Origin: an uncultured Verrucomicrobiae bacterium
Lineage (GTDB): Bacteria; Chlamydiota; Chlamydiia; Chlamydiales; Rhabdochlamydiaceae
Direction: 5' to 3'
Assembly: GCA_963806855.1 (NCBI GenBank)
Contig: CAWDYW010000003.1
Coordinates: forward strand, 672,001 to 736,000
DNA: 64,000 nucleotides
Position numbers and translations under genes: made by a program. Position 1 is the stretch's first letter. Every line of letters begins with the position of its first letter. Of this stretch, positions 56,557-64,000 are shown piece by piece. The notes beneath the pieces are model-generated. The model saw nothing but the letters and a program-made list of their open reading frames with translations, was not told where the DNA came from and did no database searches.

Positions 56557-56588
56557 ATAATAGGGAATGACGTATACGTTAGGGTCAA
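56557..56588 (-). promoter_or_regulatory. MerR-type promoter with long spacer and dyad
   Basis: TTGACC-20-TATTAT with palindrome ACGTATACGT at 56570-56579. Confidence 0.7.
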
Positions 56589-56651
56589 GATGAATTTTTC
56601 GGAAAAAAGAAATGGCTGATCGTTAAGGAGTTGCGAACGCTATTGGCTTTG

Positions 56652-57386
56652 CTATTTTTTCCGGTCTAGGAATTCTTTAAGTGTCATCGAGTATTGTTCT
56701 TCCAGTAGCTGTGAAAAGGCATTTTTTTCAACGGGAGTTTCTTTTAGGCGATAGAATCGAATGAGGTCTCCATCGATCGGAGAAGAAAAAAAGCAGGGAT
56801 GTCGAAAGACATAAGGCATCCTATGTGGTCCCCATTTCGATTCAAGACACAGATTGCCATCCTCATCGAAACGGCAGATCCCAGCATGAGTCGTACCACC
56901 GACGTCATCACCTTGATAATCAAAGCTATTTGTAACAGTGCAGACTGCAAGATCCCCATCACGAGGCTCATCAACATTTTCAAAATAAGTGCTTACAATA
57001 GGGTCAATATTATGCTCTTTAAGATATTGCTGAAATGTGCTGATTTTTATCCCTGAAATTGCCTCTAATTTTTCTCCAAAAGTACTGATCGCATACGCAT
57101 AACAGGTCAAAAATCTTCTTGGATCATCTGGGGCAAATTCTCCTACTCGGAAATTATAATGAGAGGGTTTGCCATTAGAATATTTATGTCCGATGGATTG
57201 ACATTCTTCCGCATTGCAGTTCATCAATCTTTTCCTAAGGATGTCGGTTTTTGTATATCCATTATAGAGTCTGGCATAGGTGCGCCCCCCATTAATTCCC
57301 CATGCGGTGATGGCAGATCCATCGTATGGACAGAAAAGTCTTGTTCTTTTTGTAGCTTCGATCATAGTTAATAATAATTGTATCAA
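56652..57386 (-). CDS. Hypothetical protein, possible papain/NlpC-P60-like Cys-His enzyme
   Basis: TCYAYA, GDLAV, THAG and ESKWG motifs. Confidence 0.55.
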   Translation of the reverse strand: MIQLLLTMIEATKRTRLFCPYDGSAITAWGINGGRTYARLYNGYTKTDILRKRLMNCNAEECQSIGHKYSNGKPSHYNFRVGEFAPDDPRRFLTCYAYAISTFGEKLEAISGIKISTFQQYLKEHNIDPIVSTYFENVDEPRDGDLAVCTVTNSFDYQGDDVGGTTHAGICRFDEDGNLCLESKWGPHRMPYVFRHPCFFSSPIDGDLIRFYRLKETPVEKNAFSQLLEEQYSMTLKEFLDRKK

Positions 57387-57429
57387 AAATATTAATTAAT
57401 TTCAAGTATTTTTAAGTAGCTGATAATTA

Positions 57430-59136
57430 TCATTTAACATTCTCTAGCCAACGGCCATGTTTTTTGATTAATTCGACGAGCCGGTCATCGGCATCGGCAA
57501 AGTGGATATCTTTCTCAACGCAGGTCTTGCCCACGTAGAGGTCGATCATCCCGGGTTTGGAGCCGACGTAGCCAAAGTCGGCATCGGCCATCTCGCCAGG
57601 GCCATTGACGATGCAGCCCATAATGGCGATTTTGACGCCGGGAAGATGGGAGGTGCGCTCGCGGATTCTTTTGGAGACATCTTGCAGATCGAAGAGGGTC
57701 CTTCCGCAGCTCGGGCACGAGATGAAATCGGTCTTTGTGGTCCGCATGCGGGCTGCTTGCAGAATATTGAGGCTTAAATTGCGTAGGAACTCGTTTTCAT
57801 AGGGGGCGTTGATCCAGAGGCCGTCGCCCATACCGTCGCAGAAGAGGGCGCCAAATTCGGCAGCCGATTGGATGATGAGATCTTCTTGCGAGCAGTCGTA
57901 CTGAAAGGCTAAGATCACAGGAGTTTTTAGTTTGAGCCAATTGAAAAAGCGGCGGCAAGTGTTGAGCCGATCGGTCGAGGGGGCCAGAAAGATGAGCGAT
58001 GGATTGAGCTCTTCGAGCAGAGGCCATTTGTCCGGCGACTCGTCTCGGATGAGGATCGCTTGGGGTCCTTTTTGCGCTGTGAGCGCTTCGGGAAAGGTGC
58101 GCAGTGGCAGATCTCCGGTCCCAGAGAGGATTTCGCCATCGCCATTTGAAATTTTGATTTTTTTGTAGAGGTCCAGTGGAGAGCAAGAGCTGAGGATGAC
58201 GGCCCCGTCGCGATGCAACATGTCTCTATCTGCTTTTTTGATGGGAGCTTGGAGTTTGACCGAGGTCTCAAAACGCTCATAGGATTTGGCGAGCTTGATC
58301 AGTCTTTGGCAGGGGTCGATTTCATTCCAGGCATCTTCGGTGAGCGAGACTCGGATGGTATCGCCGATCCCATCGAGAAGCAGTGAGCCGATTCCCATCG
58401 CCGATTTGATCCGGCCATCTTCGCCAGCGCCCGCCTCGGTGACGCCCAGATGCAGAGGGTAGTCCCATCCGAGAGCGGTCATTTCCTCAACCAAAAGGCG
58501 ATAGGCTTCGATCATCACTTTTGGATTCGATGACTTCATCGAAAACATAAAATCGTGGAAGTCATTTTGGCGGCAGACACGGGCAAATTCGAGCGCCGAC
58601 TCGAGCATCCCGCGTGGAGTATCGCCATAGCGGTTCATGATCCGGTCGGAGAGGGAGCCGTGATTGGTGCCGATCCGCATGGCCCGCTTGAGACGCTTGC
58701 ACTTTTCGATGAGTGGGGTGAACTTCTCTTCGATTTTTTCGATCTCTATAGCGTAAGAGGCGTCATCGTAAATAGTCGTCTTGAAGGTGGCCCGCTTGTC
58801 GACGAAGTTGCCTGGATTGATCCGCACTTTCTCGACGAAATCGACAACGGCGATCGCGGCTGGAGGGTAAAAGTGGATGTCGGCCACGAGGGGAATCAGA
58901 TAGCCTCGCTGGAGCAGCCCATTCTTGATCCCTTCGCAGGCCTCGGCCTCTTTCATCCCCTGAACGGTGAGACGGGCAATTTCACAGCCCGCATCGGCCA
59001 GGCGGATGATCTGCTGGATCGTCGCTTCAACATCGCGGGTGTTGGATGTGGTCATCGATTGGATCCGGATCGGATTATTGCCGCCGACGCCTACATGACC
59101 GACCAGAACTTCTCGTGTCTGCCGCCGTTTTGCCAA
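57430..59136 (-). CDS. ispG: 4-hydroxy-3-methylbut-2-en-1-yl diphosphate synthase (long form)
   Basis: IQSMT, RINPGN, RIGTNHGSLS, HLGVTEAG, SCPSCGRT and MGCIVNGPGE motifs. Confidence 0.98.
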   Translation of the reverse strand: MAKRRQTREVLVGHVGVGGNNPIRIQSMTTSNTRDVEATIQQIIRLADAGCEIARLTVQGMKEAEACEGIKNGLLQRGYLIPLVADIHFYPPAAIAVVDFVEKVRINPGNFVDKRATFKTTIYDDASYAIEIEKIEEKFTPLIEKCKRLKRAMRIGTNHGSLSDRIMNRYGDTPRGMLESALEFARVCRQNDFHDFMFSMKSSNPKVMIEAYRLLVEEMTALGWDYPLHLGVTEAGAGEDGRIKSAMGIGSLLLDGIGDTIRVSLTEDAWNEIDPCQRLIKLAKSYERFETSVKLQAPIKKADRDMLHRDGAVILSSCSPLDLYKKIKISNGDGEILSGTGDLPLRTFPEALTAQKGPQAILIRDESPDKWPLLEELNPSLIFLAPSTDRLNTCRRFFNWLKLKTPVILAFQYDCSQEDLIIQSAAEFGALFCDGMGDGLWINAPYENEFLRNLSLNILQAARMRTTKTDFISCPSCGRTLFDLQDVSKRIRERTSHLPGVKIAIMGCIVNGPGEMADADFGYVGSKPGMIDLYVGKTCVEKDIHFADADDRLVELIKKHGRWLENVK

Positions 59137-59532
59137 TTATTGCCTCTTCAAAAGTTGATCGCATTTGGCGGCCAGAATGAAATCACTCTCAGATAGGCCG
59201 TCGATTTTGTGGGTCCAAAGCTGAATCTTCACTTTCCCATAGGCCAAGAGGATGTCGGGATGATGCCCCTCTTCTTCAGCCAGCGCGCCGACCCGGTTGG
59301 TGAAATCTAGCGCTTCGACGAAGTCTGTGAAGAGATAATCTTTTTCCAAGTGGTGCTCGTCGATAAGGCTCCAGCTACTACCTAGCTGCTCGTAGTAAGC
59401 GGCGAGTTCATCTCCTTGAAGGGGAGGGGTGTCAGAGTTGCATGGGATACATTTTTTTATTGTGAGGTCGCAGCAGGCTTCGGAATAACCTGCGATACAA
59501 AATAGGGTGCAGAGAATCGTTAAAAATTTCAT
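59137..59532 (-). CDS. Pterin-4-alpha-carbinolamine dehydratase with signal-like extension
   Basis: EGHHPD and WTHKIDGLSESDFILAAK motifs. Confidence 0.92.
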   Translation of the reverse strand: MKFLTILCTLFCIAGYSEACCDLTIKKCIPCNSDTPPLQGDELAAYYEQLGSSWSLIDEHHLEKDYLFTDFVEALDFTNRVGALAEEEGHHPDILLAYGKVKIQLWTHKIDGLSESDFILAAKCDQLLKRQ

Positions 59533-59646
59533 TTAATCCTCCCATAAGGTTATCAGATACAAGAATAAAATTACCGATCTTTTAATGGAAAAAAAAGTTG
59601 CAAAAGCAGACAATATTTAGAAATTTTTATCGTTCGGAGGAACTCG

Positions 59647-60267
59647 ATGCCAACTTCAATTAAAGTGACCAGCCCAGCAGGGGTATGTTGGGAAAAACCG
59701 CTTACTCAAGGAGAGTATAAAGAGCTCAAAAAGATCGGTTTTGATGGAAGAGACCTTCTTGGGATATTCTCTGCAGCTGCAAAGCCGGTAAGAACGAATA
59801 ATTGGACCAATTTTTCAAAAGATTTTTTCCTACCCACTGTGGTCACCTTTGTCTCAGTTATCAGTTTTACCATAGAAGAACCTGCAACGGTAGGTAAAGT
59901 GGCCATTTTAGGATTAAATTTGATTCTGCTCGTGGCTGCATTGGGATTGGATCTGATGACATTTCCTATTCGTCTAATCACATGTATTCCTCGTGCCATT
60001 TACAACGCTCAAGCTCAGCCGATTCCATTCCACCGGTACTTAATCGAGCAAGGGGTCGATCAAAAGTTCTTTGAGGAGGGGCAGGTCATCGTCAATTTAC
60101 AACGAGAGAAGCTCAGCAGGGAGCCTACGAAGCAATATATTAATTTTTTTGGATACGTTCACAAAGAGCATTCAATGGAGCAACATTGGAAAGAGTTCCC
60201 TGTCAATCTGATCGATGTTCCTGCGAGTTATGACTCATTCTGGAGAGGGGGACGCCATTCTATTTAG
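59647..60267 (+). CDS. Hypothetical membrane protein
   Basis: GGAGG RBS; bilobed hydrophobic segment. Confidence 0.7.
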   Translation: MPTSIKVTSPAGVCWEKPLTQGEYKELKKIGFDGRDLLGIFSAAAKPVRTNNWTNFSKDFFLPTVVTFVSVISFTIEEPATVGKVAILGLNLILLVAALGLDLMTFPIRLITCIPRAIYNAQAQPIPFHRYLIEQGVDQKFFEEGQVIVNLQREKLSREPTKQYINFFGYVHKEHSMEQHWKEFPVNLIDVPASYDSFWRGGRHSI

Positions 60268-60276
60268 AAATCGATC

Positions 60277-61206
60277 ATGATTAAAGGAATCATATTTGCT
60301 CTAGCTGCCTGCTTCATTTGGGGGCTGATTTTTGTTGTCCCTGGATTCATGACGGGGTATAGCGCGCTGGAGGTCGCCCTCGGCCGCTTCACCGTTTATG
60401 GAATGGTGTCGGCATTGATCTTTTTGCGTGGGAAATCTGTTGGGCGCTGTCGATTTCCGCTGTCGATTTGGTTCAAAGCGCTCTATTTCTCCCTCTTCGC
60501 AACGCTGGGCTACTACACGTTTTTAGTGCTCGCCCTCCGCTATGCCACGCCAGCCATCTGCGCCCTCGTTTTAGGGATTAGCCCGATTACGATTGCGTTC
60601 TATGGGAACTGGAGGGAAAAGGAGATTCCGTTTAAGACTTTGATTCTCCCATCGATCCTGATTATGATTGGCCTCGTCATCATCAATCTTCCCCATTTTG
60701 GTGCTGGAGCTTCTTCATCCTTTATTCTCGGTCTTGGTTGTACTCTTGTCTCTCTGACCTCCTGGAGCTGGTATGTGGTGGCCAATTCCCGCTTTTTAAA
60801 CCGGCATCCTGAAGTGGAACCCTCCGATTGGTCGACGTTGATTGGAGTGGGGGCTCTCATCTGGGCTGTGATATTTGCATTGATTCTGAGGCTCTGTTTT
60901 GAGGGTCAGCTGCAAATTGAAAAGTATCTCACTCCGAGCGCCGAGCTGAAGAATTTCCTCATTGGAAGTGCGATTCTAGGGCTCATCTGTTCCTGGGTCG
61001 GAGCATTTCTTTGGAATCGGGCCAGTCTCTATCTGCCTGTGTCGCTTGCGGGACAGCTGACGATTTTCGAGACCATTTTCGGAGTCCTGTTTGTCTATAT
61101 GTTGGACGGGCGGTTCCCTCCATTGATGGAGGTGATTGGGATCGTTGTGCTAATGGCCGCCGTGATCTATGGCATTCGGAAATTCAAGTTCGCTGCATTG
61201 AATTGA
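60277..61206 (+). CDS. DMT/EamA family transporter
   Basis: About 10 TM segments; IWG and LAGQLTIFET motifs. Confidence 0.88.
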   Translation: MIKGIIFALAACFIWGLIFVVPGFMTGYSALEVALGRFTVYGMVSALIFLRGKSVGRCRFPLSIWFKALYFSLFATLGYYTFLVLALRYATPAICALVLGISPITIAFYGNWREKEIPFKTLILPSILIMIGLVIINLPHFGAGASSSFILGLGCTLVSLTSWSWYVVANSRFLNRHPEVEPSDWSTLIGVGALIWAVIFALILRLCFEGQLQIEKYLTPSAELKNFLIGSAILGLICSWVGAFLWNRASLYLPVSLAGQLTIFETIFGVLFVYMLDGRFPPLMEVIGIVVLMAAVIYGIRKFKFAALN

Positions 61207-61948
61207 AAATTTTGACCACCCATTTCTCTGGCAGCATGCGGAGCAAGGGGACTGCAATATAATGGTAAAAAGATGAGGGGACATACCTTTTCCTTTTCGA
61301 TAAAGCAAAGTCGATCATTTTTTTGGCCAATTTTTCTTTCGTCCACATGAAAGGATAGCTCCCTCGAATTCCAGGAGTGGCTGTCGGGCCTGGATAAACG
61401 ATGGAAAATTGGTTGACACTATCCTCATAGGTCATCGATAGACATTCGAACGCTTTTGAGACCGCCGCCTTTGCCGCGCAGTAGCCAGCCCGATAGGGAA
61501 CTGCGAGAACCGCATTGAGTGAGCTGGTCAAAACGAAATTCGCCCCTCCGTTTTTCCGGCAAATTGGCTCCCAGAAGGCGACCCATCCCAATACGCCAAA
61601 ATAGCCAGTCTGGAGGAATTGCTCGTGAAGGGCGAGGTCGATATGGTTGCAGTGTTCAATCATCTGATCGCCTGTGATGCCTGCATTGAGAAAGAAGAGG
61701 GAGGGGCAGAGGTTCTTTTCCACAATTTGCTGCGAGGTTTTGGTGATATTCTCCAGCTGGGAGAGGTCGCATACTATCGGGATGAAGGCTTCCTTTAGAT
61801 CTTCTTTGATTTTGGCGAGTTTGTCAGCCGACCGGGCGACTCCAATTACCAGCCATCCCCGCTGCGCTAGATCGCGAGCGAGCGATTCCCCAATCCCAGA
61901 CGAAGCGCCTGTCACCAGGGCTACTTTGTTGTTCTTATTCACAATCAT
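61184..61948 (-). CDS. SDR family oxidoreductase
   Basis: VTGASSGIG, LNAG and YCAAK motifs; ATG at 61948. Confidence 0.9.
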   Translation of the reverse strand: MIVNKNNKVALVTGASSGIGESLARDLAQRGWLVIGVARSADKLAKIKEDLKEAFIPIVCDLSQLENITKTSQQIVEKNLCPSLFFLNAGITGDQMIEHCNHIDLALHEQFLQTGYFGVLGWVAFWEPICRKNGGANFVLTSSLNAVLAVPYRAGYCAAKAAVSKAFECLSMTYEDSVNQFSIVYPGPTATPGIRGSYPFMWTKEKLAKKMIDFALSKRKRYVPSSFYHYIAVPLLRMLPEKWVVKIFNSMQRT

Positions 61949-61994
61949 TTCAAATACGTCAAAGCAAATTAGAAATATATAGGATTTTTTATCA

Positions 61995-62058
61995 TGGCTG
62001 TTTTGGAGTGCAGTACAAAATAGCCACGTCCATTTTGGATAGCAGTACAAAATAGCCA
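61995..62058. promoter_or_regulatory. Tandem 26-bp boxes upstream of the AAA ATPase
   Basis: TTTTGGAGTGCAGTACAAAATAGCCA (62001) and TTTTGGATAGCAGTACAAAATAGCCA (62033). Confidence 0.65.
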
Positions 62059-62146
62059 TTCGCAACACGCGTATTATAAGGTTGTTGCAATTCGTCTTGT
62101 AAATTTTATCTGTTTGGTGTAACATATAAAAAAGTTGGTAATAGAT

Positions 62147-63286
62147 ATGAAGCGATATTGTGAGAAGTTTATTATAGGGGACCTAATGAAAAAAATGGTC
62201 TTTATTGGAGGGCCTCGCCAAGTTGGCAAAACCACTTTAGGGAAGCGGCTTCTGAAGGAAGATCATATCCATGGAGAGTATTTTAATTGGGATAAAGATG
62301 AAGATCGAAAGGCCGTGCTGAAGAAACAATGGAAGCAAGATAGCTCGCTCATTATTTTCGATGAGCTGCATAAATACCCAAGATGGAAGAGATGGATCAA
62401 GGGTGTTTGGGATTCTCGTGAAACGGATCAAACCTATTTAGTAACTGGCTCAGCGAAATTGGATGTTTATAAAAGAGGTGGTGACTCATTAATGGGCAGA
62501 TACCATTATTGGCGGTTGCATCCTCTTTCCTTGGATGAGCTGCCTGCAGGGATGAGCAAAGAGGAGGGATTTAAACGGATGCTCGCTTATGGGGGATTTC
62601 CAGAGCCATTTTTATCAATGGATGAACGAGAGGCTCGAAGATGGCGACGTGAACGCTTTGATCGCATTCTCAATGAAGATATAAGGGATTTGGAACAGAT
62701 CCGCGAAGTCCAATTGCTCCGTTTTTTTGTAGATGCTCTAAGAAATCGCGTCACTGGATTGGTGACTCTATCCAATATTGCCGCTGATTTAGAAATCTCT
62801 CCTAAAACCGCAAAGAAATGGCTAACCCTTATCGAAAAGATGTACATCAGTTTTGCCATTTATCCCTACACTAAAAACGTCCCTCGGAGCATTCTCAAGC
62901 CCCCAAAAGTCTATTTTTTTGATACGGGGGATGTCGATGGGGATGAAAGCACTCGATTAGAAAACCTAGTTGCAACTCATTTATTAAAAAGACTGCATTT
63001 TATTGAAGACTATCATGGCTATAAATGCAGTTTGCACTACATCAGGGATAAGGAAGGTAGAGAAGTTGACTTTGTCGTTGTGGTTGACGGAGAGGTGACC
63101 GATTTAATCGAAGTTAAATGGAGAGAAAAAAAGGTTTCGAGTCCATTGTTATACTATAAAAATCTACTTAATCCCAAAAGAACTATTCAGCTAGTAGGGG
63201 AACTCGACCGCTCTTTTGATCAACATGGGGTCAGAGTCACGACTCCAATCGAATATTTCCAAAATCCCCCCTGGGAAATTTCTTAA
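62147..63286 (+). CDS. AAA_14/DUF4143-type ATPase with C-terminal nuclease-like domain
   Basis: GPRQVGKTT, FDE, VTGS, GGFPE, KVYFFDTG and EVDF...IEVK motifs. Confidence 0.9.
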   Translation: MKRYCEKFIIGDLMKKMVFIGGPRQVGKTTLGKRLLKEDHIHGEYFNWDKDEDRKAVLKKQWKQDSSLIIFDELHKYPRWKRWIKGVWDSRETDQTYLVTGSAKLDVYKRGGDSLMGRYHYWRLHPLSLDELPAGMSKEEGFKRMLAYGGFPEPFLSMDEREARRWRRERFDRILNEDIRDLEQIREVQLLRFFVDALRNRVTGLVTLSNIAADLEISPKTAKKWLTLIEKMYISFAIYPYTKNVPRSILKPPKVYFFDTGDVDGDESTRLENLVATHLLKRLHFIEDYHGYKCSLHYIRDKEGREVDFVVVVDGEVTDLIEVKWREKKVSSPLLYYKNLLNPKRTIQLVGELDRSFDQHGVRVTTPIEYFQNPPWEIS

Positions 63287-64000
63287 CCTGGATTGCGTGG
63301 GATTTTAACAGTGCAAACGCCTTGTTTGTAAACGCAATCAAAAATAGTTCCTTGGCCATCTGTATAAGTCATCGGCCCCTCTAGGATATTGTTTTCCCAG
63401 CTTCCGCAAAAGATTTCTTCAGTATCCTTATTATAATAAGTGCCTTCGCCCTGCTTGAGATTATTTTCAAAAGATCCAATGTGCATATGTCCAGAAAGGA
63501 ATTTGGTTTGCCCCTGTCCATGCATATAACCTTCTTTAAATTCGCCTATATAATACTCCCTTCCATTAGGCGAAATTAATACACCCTCGCCATGACGTTT
63601 GCCATTTTTGAACTGCCCTCTATAAAAGCCAGAAGCATCCTGAAGCTGTCCTATACCTTTGACAAATGCGCCCATCTCCCATTGTCCTTCAAAATAATCC
63701 CCATTAGTAAAAGAGAGTTTTCCGTTTCCATTTGGCTTATTGTTTTCCCATCCACCCTCGTAAACAACCTGTTGCTTGGTTGGATAAGTAATTGTAATTT
63801 TCTTAGGAGATGTTTTATCTCCCCAGATTGCTTGCAATGTCGTCTTATCAGCAAGAATATATTTCCCTTGCCCAAACGGGATCCCTCTTTCAAATTGGCC
63901 GATATAGACGTTGCCATCTGCATATCTCAATTCTGCAAATCCACTAAAGTTATCGGGGGCCTTTCCATTAAAAATAATGTAGGGTGCGACTTTCTTTTCT
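63283..64000 (-). CDS. MORN-repeat protein (5' end outside the window)
   Basis: YxGxFxxGxxHGxG repeats; frame open to the window edge. Confidence 0.9.
   Translation of the reverse strand, partial: EKKVAPYIIFNGKAPDNFSGFAELRYADGNVYIGQFERGIPFGQGKYILADKTTLQAIWGDKTSPKKITITYPTKQQVVYEGGWENNKPNGNGKLSFTNGDYFEGQWEMGAFVKGIGQLQDASGFYRGQFKNGKRHGEGVLISPNGREYYIGEFKEGYMHGQGQTKFLSGHMHIGSFENNLKQGEGTYYNKDTEEIFCGSWENNILEGPMTYTDGQGTIFDCVYKQGVCTVKIPRNPG

Overview
64 kb of a bacterial chromosome, most likely an environmental chlamydia (Chlamydiota). This assignment is inferred from the tmRNA 5' end GGGGGTGTA, a type-2 IleRS next to ssrA, a long IspG, Cys-rich envelope proteins and many orphan effector-like ORFs. 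Housekeeping blocks are ssrA-ileS, pncB-pncA, cyoABCD, a YbhGFSR-like ABC exporter with a TolC-family channel, nudC, a P1B-ATPase and ispG. They are interleaved with accessory genes: GH18 hydrolase, CE-clan protease, a 1655-aa orphan, ABC-F, zeta-like kinase, Gly-rich autotransporter and MORN proteins. No CRISPR array, rRNA, intact tRNA, integrase or transposase is visible. The most notable structure is at the DNA level. (1) Three divergent, truncated yhcG/DUF1016 genes each carry an in-gene palindrome centred on the same codon position but with different sequences. (2) Three accessory segments are bracketed by long direct repeats of neighbouring chromosomal sequence (tmRNA 3' end; 227 bp; 417 bp), with short shards of unrelated genes at junctions. 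(3) The tmRNA 3' end is present in extra direct and inverted copies. (4) The ABC-F gene has a 3-codon uORF (MRK) with a stem that covers its RBS. (5) There are several families of palindromic MITE/REP-like elements, one inserted exactly in a stop codon. Protein family calls come from motif recognition only; no database search was run.
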